In this document: positions 18,877 through 27,882 of the stretch, in pieces
Numbering within the stretch: position 1 is the first letter of the stretch
Layout: each line of letters starts with the position of its first letter
IMG/VR virus record: IMGVR_UViG_3300028048_000081
Location: 1 to 64,000 of that record
Reading direction: 5' to 3' (one strand)
DNA length: 64,000 nucleotides
Origin: a virus
Lineage: Duplodnaviria; Caudoviricetes
Program-made: the position numbers and the translations under genes
Notes under the pieces: generated by a model
The model's input: the letters and a program-made list of their open reading frames with translations, nothing else
The model's database searches: none
Told to the model about the DNA's origin: nothing

Positions 18877-19356
18877 ATGAATTATAATGAATCTATAACA
18901 GTTAGGTCAGAATTTGCTTGTGCGTATCTTACAGCTTTGGATATATCTTATGAGGATATGAAAATTGATCCTCATAGATATAGATTTGAAGCAACTGTTT
19001 CTAAAAAGTTAGATATGTTTTGTAGCGATTCGGGTCCATGTTGTAGAATATTAGATTTTGAAAAGATACATAAGATATTGAATAATATATTGCCAAAAGA
19101 TACTTATCTATATTGTAAATGGAGTGATAAAGTAGATAAAACGATAGGAGATATACTTTCAGAACACAATTGTTCTGTTATAGGAATTCCAGATATAATA
19201 TGTGCTGAAAGTATATGTAACTACATATCTCAAAATTTAGAGAATAGATTTCTACAATTATCTAAGATAGATTCTGATTATAGAAATGTTCATTTGATAC
19301 ATTCAGTTTTGAGGGAAGATAGTAACAATTATGTTACTTGGGATCCTCAAGACTAA
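18877..19356 (+). CDS. QueD/PTPS-fold protein with degenerate active site
   Basis: FACAYL, PHRYRFEATVS, ILDF, ICAESICNYI, LREDSNNYVTW follow QueD motif order, but AAH/HGH are altered. Confidence 0.6.
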   Translation: MNYNESITVRSEFACAYLTALDISYEDMKIDPHRYRFEATVSKKLDMFCSDSGPCCRILDFEKIHKILNNILPKDTYLYCKWSDKVDKTIGDILSEHNCSVIGIPDIICAESICNYISQNLENRFLQLSKIDSDYRNVHLIHSVLREDSNNYVTWDPQD

Positions 19357-19397
19357 AGTATATTCAATATTAATCTAAAATGTCAAGGAGGTAGAAT

Positions 19398-20078
19398 ATG
19401 GCGTTTAAAAAGATGACAGAATACAACGAAGAACGATATGGGAACATGTTCCTTCTTAGGAATGACGGTGATAGCGCAGATGTGGTTATTCTCTATAGAA
19501 GTATTGAAGATGTACTAGTTGCCGATGTTCATTATATCAAATCCCCGGAATATTCCGGATATGTTCATTGCTGTGGTAGAGGATGCCCTGCATGTTCAAA
19601 AGGTATCAGAGTTCAGAATAAACTTTTCATCCCGCTCTACAACATAAAAGAAAAACAGATACAGTTCTTTGATAGATCAACTAGATTTGAGAATATTCTT
19701 CAGAGTGAAGTATTCAGCAAGTTTTCTGATCCGACCGAATATGTGTTTAGAATTACTAGAAGAGGCGAGGCAGGATCTATGGATACAAGATACGAAATTG
19801 TTCCTGTAGGTACTAATACAGATCCTAATCTTTCTTATGATAATATTCTAAAATCTGCAAATACATCTTTCCCAGATGCTTATGAAAGTATCTGCAAGGA
19901 TCTTTCACCGGATAAACTTCAAGATATGTTAAATGTGCATGATTCTGAAAATGCGGATTATGGCGATATGCCAAGTTACCAGGTAACTCCTAGAGGGGTA
20001 ACTTCTTCTGAGGATGTTCAGATGCCAAAAGAAGATGTAGATGAAGACGAAGAAGCAGATGAAAAGGTTAACTTTTAG
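19398..20078 (+). CDS. single-stranded DNA-binding protein (Zn-containing, gp32-like)
   Basis: HCCGRGCPAC, FRITRRG...TRYEI, acidic tail ending in F; precedes polymerase. Confidence 0.7.
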   Translation: MAFKKMTEYNEERYGNMFLLRNDGDSADVVILYRSIEDVLVADVHYIKSPEYSGYVHCCGRGCPACSKGIRVQNKLFIPLYNIKEKQIQFFDRSTRFENILQSEVFSKFSDPTEYVFRITRRGEAGSMDTRYEIVPVGTNTDPNLSYDNILKSANTSFPDAYESICKDLSPDKLQDMLNVHDSENADYGDMPSYQVTPRGVTSSEDVQMPKEDVDEDEEADEKVNF

Positions 20079-20087
20079 AGGATCGTC

Positions 20088-21641
20088 ATGGGATTATTTT
20101 CTTCTGAAGATATCAATAAAATAAATGAAGTTGCGTTAAAAAGTAAATCAAAATTTGATGCACCAAGAATTCAATCAGATCGTGTTTCAGATGAAATAAA
20201 TTCAGCATCTGAAAGAGTTTTGGAATATTTCAAGGATTCTCCTGCAATACTTATTGATTCAAAGGAAAAACTGCATGATTATGTAGATGGAATATTGGAA
20301 TGTGGGTATGCAGGAATAGATACAGAAACTACAGGTCTGGATAGAATAAATGATACAATTGTAGGTGCATCATTATACTATCCAGGATCTTCAGAGTGTT
20401 ATATCCCGATGAAACATCTTACGCCTATATTTGATACTGTAAGAGATCATCAATTGACATATGAAGAGGTAGGATCGGAACTTCAAAGAATTGCAGATAG
20501 TGATGTAAAGTTAATATTTGCAAATGCTGATTTCGACTTGTCTATGATTTATAAAGATTTGAAAGTAGATCTGAATGATAGATGTTATTATGATGTTATA
20601 CTTGCCTGGCGTTGTTTGAAAGAGGATGAAAGGGACAATGCCTTGAAAGTCCTTTATAATAAGTATGTTATGAAAGGGAAGGGAGATCCTATGAAATTTA
20701 CTGATTTCTTTTCCCCAAAATTGTTTCCATATAGTAAACCAGAAGTTGCAATGCTTTATGCTGCAAATGATGCAAAAATAACATATGATTTATTTAAATG
20801 GCAATTACCTTATGTCACTAAAACAAACGATAAGTGTAAAAAAGCACATCTTGAGGGAATAGCAGATCTTATATGGAATCTAGAACTTCCGTTGATAAAA
20901 GTGTGTCAGATGATGCACAGAAACGGAATGTATTTAGATAAAAATACCGCAAGGATATTGATGAAGCGATACAATGATGAGTATTCATCTGAAATGAATA
21001 AATTGTATGATATGGTTGATGAACTTATATCTGATACACCATATCAAAATACAGTTAATTCTAAGAGACCATTTAATTCTGGTAAAGATTTCAATCCAAA
21101 TTCTACTCCTCATGTTAAGTATCTAGTATATACTATGCTTAAAGTTGAGAAGCAAGGAAACAAAGAAAGTACAGATAAATCTGTATTAGCAGATTTAGAT
21201 CTTCCAGTTACAAATCAGATACTTAAAGTTAGAAGTTTGAAAACACTTATAAGTACATTTGTAGATAAGCTACCAGAAGCAACTACTCCGGATAGTAGAA
21301 TTCACGCACAGTTTAAACAGATTGGAGCAAGTACAGGAAGATTTTCAAGTGCAGATCCTAACCTTCAGAACATTCCATCTCATGCAGATGATATAAGACA
21401 TATGTTTAGAGCAACTCCTGCAACGAATAAGGAGTTAGATTGCGAAGTAGATGATGATGAAATATCTGTAAAATTATATTCATATGATTATGTTAATACT
21501 AAAGACGGTTTAAAGCAAGTTAATAAACTGTCTGTAGGAGATCAAGTATTGTTAAAAAATGATGGCGAGGAGGTGTATAAGTATGTCCAAGAAGTGGACA
21601 ATTCCGATTCAGACGACTCCATATATAATGTTGTCTTCTGA
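20088..21641 (+). CDS. polA: DNA polymerase I-like, N-terminal subunit (3'-5' exonuclease, thumb, palm start) with Hint-like tail
   Basis: DTETTG, YAANDA, TGRFSSADPNLQNIP, IRHMFRA; stops before motif A. Confidence 0.9.
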   Translation: MGLFSSEDINKINEVALKSKSKFDAPRIQSDRVSDEINSASERVLEYFKDSPAILIDSKEKLHDYVDGILECGYAGIDTETTGLDRINDTIVGASLYYPGSSECYIPMKHLTPIFDTVRDHQLTYEEVGSELQRIADSDVKLIFANADFDLSMIYKDLKVDLNDRCYYDVILAWRCLKEDERDNALKVLYNKYVMKGKGDPMKFTDFFSPKLFPYSKPEVAMLYAANDAKITYDLFKWQLPYVTKTNDKCKKAHLEGIADLIWNLELPLIKVCQMMHRNGMYLDKNTARILMKRYNDEYSSEMNKLYDMVDELISDTPYQNTVNSKRPFNSGKDFNPNSTPHVKYLVYTMLKVEKQGNKESTDKSVLADLDLPVTNQILKVRSLKTLISTFVDKLPEATTPDSRIHAQFKQIGASTGRFSSADPNLQNIPSHADDIRHMFRATPATNKELDCEVDDDEISVKLYSYDYVNTKDGLKQVNKLSVGDQVLLKNDGEEVYKYVQEVDNSDSDDSIYNVVF

Positions 21642-21648
21642 CTACAGT
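21583..21648 (+). CDS. polA: DNA polymerase C-terminal subunit, exon 1 (MSKKWTIPIQTTPYIMLSSDYS)
   Basis: GAGGAGGTG RBS at 21567-21575; encodes the DYS of motif A; different frame from the upstream ORF. Confidence 0.8.
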
Positions 21649-22695
21649 AGGTAACAGTGCTGTAGTAAAACTCCCTTAATTCGGTGAAATCCTATTGGGA
21701 CAATACCGAGCAAGTATATCCTGAGAACAATAACCTTATATCATCTTGTAATCAATAATCAGGAGGTGGATATGATAATATACAAGATTGAAAATAAGGT
21801 TACAGGAAAAGTGTATATAGGCCAAACACGGAGAACACTTGAACAAAGGTTTAAAGAGCATATCAATGCTGCTGAACGAGGAGAAGATTTCTATATAGGC
21901 CAAGCTATTCGCAAGTATGGAAAATCCAATTTTGAATGTTCTATAATTGATGAAGTAGATAATTTAGATGATCTCAATAAATTAGAGCAGTATTATATTC
22001 ATAAGTATGAAAGTGATACTAAAGGATATAATCTTGCCCCTGGAGGATATTCAAATACTATGGATTCGGATAAAGTTAAGATCCATCATGATGAAGTAAT
22101 GCGAACAGATGAAGTTAGAAATAAGATATCTCAAACTCTTAAGAAACGAATATTAGAAGAAGGTCGTAGAGATGAATATCTTAGAAATTTGAGAACAGGA
22201 TTTCAAAGATATCTTAAATCTAATAAGTTTAAAGAGGATTGTAAAAAGAGGCATCTATCTCCTGAACACTATAAAGCATTGAATGATGCAAAAAATAAAT
22301 CTGTATATTGTATTGATATTGATGGTAATGAAGTTGCAAGTTTTTCTCGTGTTAAAGATGCTGCAATATGGTGGATGAATTCTGGATACAAAGTCAAAAG
22401 TTATGATCAATTGATGGATAGAATAAAAGAATCATCTAAGAATAATAAATATATACACGGCCTCAAATGGATATATCGTGTGTAGAGACTATCGAAAACT
22501 AGAAATTTACATTCGCAGAAATGCGTAAATAGATGTATATCTAGGTAAGTTGAAATAATCAAGTGAGTAGAGTACATTTCAAGCGAAATGGAAATGGGGA
22601 GGTTCATGATATTTGGTAGTAGAATATCATGTTCAAGATATAGTCCGACACTCTCAGTAATGAGAGAGATGCGTAGCGAACATCAAAACAGAAAG
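21649..22695 (+). mobile_element. group I intron (IA2-like) with embedded homing endonuclease
   Basis: P1 ACTACAGT/GCTGTAGT with U-G; AATTCGGTGAAA, AATACCGAGCAAG, GTAGAGACTA, AAGATATAGTCCG elements; terminal G; splicing restores DYS-AQEPR. Confidence 0.9.
21772..22485 (+). CDS. intron-encoded GIY-YIG homing endonuclease
   Basis: IIYKIENKVTGKVYIGQT...RFKEH...LEQYYI...GYN; own AGGAGG RBS and AACCTT motif at 21732. Confidence 0.9.
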   Translation: MIIYKIENKVTGKVYIGQTRRTLEQRFKEHINAAERGEDFYIGQAIRKYGKSNFECSIIDEVDNLDDLNKLEQYYIHKYESDTKGYNLAPGGYSNTMDSDKVKIHHDEVMRTDEVRNKISQTLKKRILEEGRRDEYLRNLRTGFQRYLKSNKFKEDCKKRHLSPEHYKALNDAKNKSVYCIDIDGNEVASFSRVKDAAIWWMNSGYKVKSYDQLMDRIKESSKNNKYIHGLKWIYRV

Positions 22696-23913
22696 GCTCA
22701 AGAACCTCGGATAACTGCATTTGTAAGTCAAGATCAAAAGATGATAAAGTCTTTCCAAGAAGGAAAAGATATATATGCAAGTATAGCAAGTATGGCATTT
22801 GGAGTACCATATGAAAATTGTTTGGAGTTCAATCCTATAACAGGGGAGAATCAACCTGATGGAAAAGAAAGAAGAGGACAGGCAAAATTCATTGTATTGG
22901 GAATTACCTATGGGCGTTCTGTACCTTCTATAGCTGATCAGTTATTTGGTAAAGACGATACAATGTCTGAAGAAACTAAGTTGAAAAAAGCACAGAAGAT
23001 ATATGATGCAGTTCTTAATGCTTTTCCAAACTTAAGAAGTTTCATGATAAGTTCTCAAAAATTTGCAAAGAAACATGGATATACAGAAACAATATTGAAA
23101 CGTAGACGTCATATTCCAGATATGCAGTTACCTGAGTTTGAATTTAAACCTATGAAAGGTTATGTTAATCCAGATGTTGACCCATTAGATTCGGAAACTT
23201 TAAAGAATAAAGATACTATTCCGCAGTATGTTGTGGATAGTTTAGATCACGAACTTAAAAGTTATAAATATTTTGGGCAGATAGCAAGAAGAATTCGGGA
23301 GTTGAACGAAGAACACATAAAAGTAATAAATAACAGGCCTAAGATAACAGATGCATCAAGAAAAGTTATAAATTCGATTGTTCAAGGTTCTGCTGCTGAC
23401 CAAACTAAACTTGCAATATTGATGTTAGAGAACAATGAAGAGTGGAAAAAGATGGGTGGAAGATTGTTAGTACCTGTTCATGATGAATTGATATGTGAAG
23501 TTCCACTTGATAAATGGGAAGAAGGCGGAAAACTTGTAAGCGATATTATGAAAGAGGCTGCGAGTTATCTTCCGTTTGACAGTAAGTGCGATGTTACAAC
23601 TACACTGAGATGGTATGGACTTGAGTATCCTTGCGTATATAAGAAACCAGAAAGTATTGAGGATATTTCTAAACTTTCCGAAGATGAAATAAAGTGGATT
23701 CAGTATCACCTAATAGAACTTGAGTATCTTCTACCTATAGTTAAGAACGAAGATGGATCTCCATTGTTAGGAGATGCTGCGGTAGGTGTTAATGGAAAAT
23801 ATACTTTAGAATTACAGAACCTAGTAGAAGAATATATTAGAACTAGAAATATATCTTCTGATAAGTTTATTGACCATATAGATAAGGAAGTTGTATATGG
23901 CCAAATAAGTTAG
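22696..23913 (+). CDS. polA: DNA polymerase C-terminal subunit, exon 2
   Basis: AQEPR, RGQAKFIVLGITYG (motif B), QGSAAD, VHDE (motif C). Confidence 0.9.
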   Translation, partial: AQEPRITAFVSQDQKMIKSFQEGKDIYASIASMAFGVPYENCLEFNPITGENQPDGKERRGQAKFIVLGITYGRSVPSIADQLFGKDDTMSEETKLKKAQKIYDAVLNAFPNLRSFMISSQKFAKKHGYTETILKRRRHIPDMQLPEFEFKPMKGYVNPDVDPLDSETLKNKDTIPQYVVDSLDHELKSYKYFGQIARRIRELNEEHIKVINNRPKITDASRKVINSIVQGSAADQTKLAILMLENNEEWKKMGGRLLVPVHDELICEVPLDKWEEGGKLVSDIMKEAASYLPFDSKCDVTTTLRWYGLEYPCVYKKPESIEDISKLSEDEIKWIQYHLIELEYLLPIVKNEDGSPLLGDAAVGVNGKYTLELQNLVEEYIRTRNISSDKFIDHIDKEVVYGQIS

Positions 23914-23998
23914 ATGAATACCAACGGCGGGGTGTCGATTTTTTAGACTAACCCCAACACCCCTAAAAAACTCTAATTCGCCCCGCTGTTGTATTCAT
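23914..23998 (+). ncRNA. long G-U-containing hairpin with inner stem
   Basis: ATGAATA-CAACGGCGGGGTG pairs with CGCCCCGCTGTTG-TATTCAT; inner TTTTTTAG/CTAAAAAA. Confidence 0.55.
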
Positions 23999-24024
23999 AT
24001 ATTATTTGTTAAGGAGGAGATAGA

Positions 24025-24420
24025 ATGGAAAGTAAATGGTATGATATAATCGGGTATGAAGGACTCTATCAGATTAGTGATGAAAAATTAGTTAGAAGTT
24101 TGGATAGAGTTATAAACGGAAGAAAGTTTTCTGGGAAGATGTTAAGTGGTCCTAATTTGTCTAAGGATGTTAAAGCAATAAAGTTGTCTAAAGACGGAAA
24201 TAGGAAAACATTTTCTCTTAATGAATTGTTTGAACTTCGTTGCAAAGATGATGTAAAAACAAAAGTAAAGCGGTCTGTAAAGATAAAATGTGTAGATGAT
24301 GGAAATATTTTTTCAAGCGAAACAGAAGCCGCAAAATATTATGGAATGCATGTTTCTTCAGTTAGCGATTGTATACATGACGGAAAGCATCATTGTGGTC
24401 ATGCTTTTGAACGTCTTTAA
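24025..24420 (+). CDS. NUMOD4 + NUMOD1-like DNA-binding protein lacking an HNH core
   Basis: WYDIIGYEGLYQISD...VRSLDR; C-terminal FSSETEAAKYYG. Confidence 0.7.
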   Translation: MESKWYDIIGYEGLYQISDEKLVRSLDRVINGRKFSGKMLSGPNLSKDVKAIKLSKDGNRKTFSLNELFELRCKDDVKTKVKRSVKIKCVDDGNIFSSETEAAKYYGMHVSSVSDCIHDGKHHCGHAFERL

Positions 24421-24453
24421 TCGTTATTGATATTGTAAGGATAGGAGGAAAAT

Positions 24454-25560
24454 ATGAAGTTTACAGTAAATACTAAACCACTTATAGACGCATTGAATCT
24501 AGGAGTAATAAATAATAACATATCCCCGTTTCATAAGAAATCTACAATAATTCAAGTATCCGCATCTAAGAAGGAGCTTACACTAAATATTGAAGCAGAA
24601 TCAATAAAGACGGAGATTAAACTTCAGGGAAGCAGTGATGGAGGAGAGGATAGTAGAATATTTGTAAGCAGTTCTCTTATGAAGGAACTAGTTAATACAT
24701 TTGAATTTGCTACAACAGATCTTGAATTTGCAGAAGGTGGGTTAGTCCTCCATTCAGGTAAAGGAAAGTTCAATCTCCCTAAACTTGTAGATGATTCTGA
24801 TGTTCAGTTAGACAAACCGAATAGTGGAGTTGATTTCTCTTCTGGAATAGATATAAATAAAGATGAATGGAAATTCATTCAAGATAATCAGATGTATGCC
24901 ATCGCAATGTCCTTCATACATCCAGTATATACTTATATGTGGATAAGTAAAGACGGAGATGTTCTTGTTGGGGATTATGATAATAGCTTGTTTACACATT
25001 CTAAGAAGAGTAAACTAGGAAATACATGTTTACTTTCTAGTACTATTGTAAATCTGTTTGAATCTTTACCTGAAGGATCAAAACTTATTCAGAATGACAA
25101 GAATTATTTGATAAGTTATGAATCTGACAGCATGTCATATCTTTCAGAATTTATTCCCAAGTATGAAGATGAAGATGATATGGGAAGTTATAATTCTCAA
25201 ATATTTTTAGATATGATGAGTCATAAAGGCCAATCGTTAAAAGTAAGTGCAACAACTATGGTCAAGTATTTGAACCAAGCAAGACTGCTTTCTTCTAATT
25301 CCGATGATACTATTGATATTCATTTGGAAAATGATATCTTGCAGTTAAAAGACAACAATGTTAATTGTAAGTTAGGAGTAGAAGGAGAATCTCTGATTGA
25401 TGATTTTCATATAGAATTCAAGACGGAGTTACTCAGGAAAGTTATTTCTAATTATGAAGATGAATATATCAATATGATGCCAGTTATTCAAGAGGAAGAT
25501 GTGGTAGGGATGTTATTCTGGAATGACAGTTTAACTACAGTTATAGCAGGAGTAGATTGA
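24454..25560 (+). CDS. dnaN: DNA polymerase III beta-like sliding clamp
   Basis: MKFTVNTKPL start, 368 aa, beside clamp-loader genes. Confidence 0.7.
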   Translation: MKFTVNTKPLIDALNLGVINNNISPFHKKSTIIQVSASKKELTLNIEAESIKTEIKLQGSSDGGEDSRIFVSSSLMKELVNTFEFATTDLEFAEGGLVLHSGKGKFNLPKLVDDSDVQLDKPNSGVDFSSGIDINKDEWKFIQDNQMYAIAMSFIHPVYTYMWISKDGDVLVGDYDNSLFTHSKKSKLGNTCLLSSTIVNLFESLPEGSKLIQNDKNYLISYESDSMSYLSEFIPKYEDEDDMGSYNSQIFLDMMSHKGQSLKVSATTMVKYLNQARLLSSNSDDTIDIHLENDILQLKDNNVNCKLGVEGESLIDDFHIEFKTELLRKVISNYEDEYINMMPVIQEEDVVGMLFWNDSLTTVIAGVD

Positions 25561-26369
25561 TGTCATTTAAACCTGTAAATTTTGATAGGTTGGCAAGGTT
25601 CAACTCAGATGCCAGTTCCAAGTTATTGAATATATGCGAAAATTCTTGGAAGAATGAAATTGATAAGAACAGGGAAAGAATACCTCATAAAACATTTGCG
25701 CCATCTTCTATGAGATGCAAAAGAAGATCCTGGTTTCGTTTACGAGGTGTTTCCCCAGATAAAATAGATGATCCAGATACAGGATTGGATTTTTCTGCAA
25801 GAATTGGAACAGATTGTCATATATTTCTTCAGACATTACTGAAAAGATATCTCAAAGGAGATTGGATTCAAGTATATGATTATATCCTTAACAACAAGAA
25901 TAAGTTACTTTATTCTTCTGAAGATTATGGAGTTGTTCAAAAGGCAGGAGATCTAGAGGCTCAAGTGTCCTTAGTGAATCCACCGGTTAATTTTGCCTGT
26001 GATGGAGTTATTCGTATAAACAGTACTATATATCTTCTAGAGATAAAAACTTGTGAATTTAGTGTTTGGGATGATTTAACAGAACCTAGAGAAGAGCACA
26101 TAGAGCAAATAAAAGCATATGGTTCTATATTAGGGATACATAATATATTGATGATTTATCAAGATAGGCAGTATGGAAGAATAAAGTGTTATGAATTGAC
26201 TTTGAAATCATCTGATATTGATGATATAAAACAATATTTTGATTCTGTAATGATATCAGTTAAGAATAATATCGCGCCAGAAGGTCTTCCTGTTGGTAAT
26301 AAATGGTGTACCCCAAGTATGTGTCCATATTATAAGAAGTGTCAAGAATACGGTAGGAAAAAGATATGA
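25560..26369 (+). CDS. Cas4-like PD-(D/E)xK exonuclease
   Basis: PSSMRC, GTDCH, CDG...EIKT, Q...Y, C-x4-C-x2-Y-x2-C. Confidence 0.8.
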   Translation: MSFKPVNFDRLARFNSDASSKLLNICENSWKNEIDKNRERIPHKTFAPSSMRCKRRSWFRLRGVSPDKIDDPDTGLDFSARIGTDCHIFLQTLLKRYLKGDWIQVYDYILNNKNKLLYSSEDYGVVQKAGDLEAQVSLVNPPVNFACDGVIRINSTIYLLEIKTCEFSVWDDLTEPREEHIEQIKAYGSILGIHNILMIYQDRQYGRIKCYELTLKSSDIDDIKQYFDSVMISVKNNIAPEGLPVGNKWCTPSMCPYYKKCQEYGRKKI

Positions 26370-27376
26370 ATCTAGCAAATAAGTATAGACCTCATAAATT
26401 CGAAGATATGATGGAGCAATCCGTCATAGTGGATATGATAAGATCCATATGTAAAAATTCAAACTTAGATAATAGAAATTTTCTTTTCATTGGTCCAGCG
26501 GGTTGTGGTAAGACAACTATAGCAAGAATAATGGCAGATACATTGAATGAGGGTGAAGGAGACCCCATTGAAATTGATGCTGCTTCTCATGGGTCTATTG
26601 ATAGTGTTAGGGATATTGTGGAGCAGGCCCGTAAATATCCTGTAGGATCTAATTACAAAGTTTTCATAATAGATGAGGTTCATTCACTGTCTAATGCAGC
26701 ATGGCAAGTTCTTCTCAAGACATTGGAGGAGGGGCCTGCCAAAAGTATATTTGTTTTATGTACTACTGATCCAGAAAAGATTCCAAAAACAATACTTTCT
26801 AGAGTTCAAGTATTTCATTTATCAAAAATAAGTTTAAGTGGAATAGATAAGAGATTGCATCACGTATTAGATTCCGAAATAAAAGAAGGAAGAGAGATAA
26901 AGTATGAAGATGATGCAGTTAATTTCATAGCTAAACTTGCAAATGGAGGAATGAGAGATGCTTTAACATTAACAGACAAGGCATTATCTTATAGTAATGA
27001 TATAAATCTAGAAAATATAAGCAAAGCATTGGATCTTCCAAATTATGATGATTATTTTGATTTGTTACAGGCATGCGCTAGTAAAGATAAGGGCAAGATA
27101 ACAGAAATAGTTGATAAGGTGTATAATAGCGGAGCGAATTTCATAAAATGGTTTGAGCAGTTCCATTCATTTGTTATGAATGTTGTTAAATATATATTTA
27201 TGCAAGACATTCACCATACTCTCATACCGTCGTACTATAAAGATAGGATATCAAATTATACAACAGCTCATTCTGTTGTTTGTTTGAAGTTAAGTAATAG
27301 ATTGCTTGAAATGAACCATGAATTGAAATATACACAATATTATCAAGAAGTAGCTTTAACTTATTTGTGTAGATAG
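26366..27376 (+). CDS. dnaX: clamp loader gamma/tau subunit
   Basis: LANKYRP, GPAGCGKTT, IDAAS, IIDEVH, LLKTLEE, GGMRDA. Confidence 0.92.
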   Translation: MNLANKYRPHKFEDMMEQSVIVDMIRSICKNSNLDNRNFLFIGPAGCGKTTIARIMADTLNEGEGDPIEIDAASHGSIDSVRDIVEQARKYPVGSNYKVFIIDEVHSLSNAAWQVLLKTLEEGPAKSIFVLCTTDPEKIPKTILSRVQVFHLSKISLSGIDKRLHHVLDSEIKEGREIKYEDDAVNFIAKLANGGMRDALTLTDKALSYSNDINLENISKALDLPNYDDYFDLLQACASKDKGKITEIVDKVYNSGANFIKWFEQFHSFVMNVVKYIFMQDIHHTLIPSYYKDRISNYTTAHSVVCLKLSNRLLEMNHELKYTQYYQEVALTYLCR

Positions 27377-27389
27377 AAGAGGTTACAGT

Positions 27390-27872
27390 ATGAAATTAGA
27401 AAACAATGTTCCAGAACTTGAACCCGCAAAAGATTTATATGATCGACTTTATGATGATAATTTCAAATCTGTCTTTGATAAAGTTAAAACACTATATAAA
27501 TCTATGAAATCTGAATTTCATCCGATTTCTAACGAGGATTTAGAATGGATAATTACTATGTTGCCATTAGAACTTTATAATGCCGCAGAATCTTTGAATA
27601 AACTCATATTATTTTCAGAGGTTATGAAGTTGAAGTTGAAAGAGTTGAAGTCTAGTAAGGATGAAGACATATCAAATAAGATTTCAGAAATACATGTTGC
27701 TAAGATTGTATATGATACAGTTATATCTAGAATTCAAAATGAAATTACATTTTCAAAAGAACTGATAATGGGAGCAAAAAAGATTTGGGACTCTAGACAA
27801 GAATCTACTAAATCAAATCCTATATCTGAAATAACTGATTTACCGGAATACAAACAACAATACATCAAATAA
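27390..27872 (+). CDS. helical hypothetical protein
   Basis: 160 aa ORF with GAGG RBS. Confidence 0.7.
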   Translation: MKLENNVPELEPAKDLYDRLYDDNFKSVFDKVKTLYKSMKSEFHPISNEDLEWIITMLPLELYNAAESLNKLILFSEVMKLKLKELKSSKDEDISNKISEIHVAKIVYDTVISRIQNEITFSKELIMGAKKIWDSRQESTKSNPISEITDLPEYKQQYIK

Positions 27873-27882
27873 GGAGGAACAA

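Noticed and set aside
21411-21641. Functional intein in the polymerase
   Set aside because: No Cys/Ser at the position-1 equivalent, no TxxH block and no His-Asn terminus; kept only as a Hint-like relic
22588-22695. ORF-track N-terminus MEMGRFMIFG... of the second polymerase ORF
   Set aside because: It lies in the intron core (P3'/P7/P9); the real N-terminus comes from exon 21583-21648
25560-26369. CRISPR-Cas system suggested by the Cas4-like gene
   Set aside because: No repeat-spacer array or other cas genes seen; solo Cas4-like nucleases are common in phage replication modules
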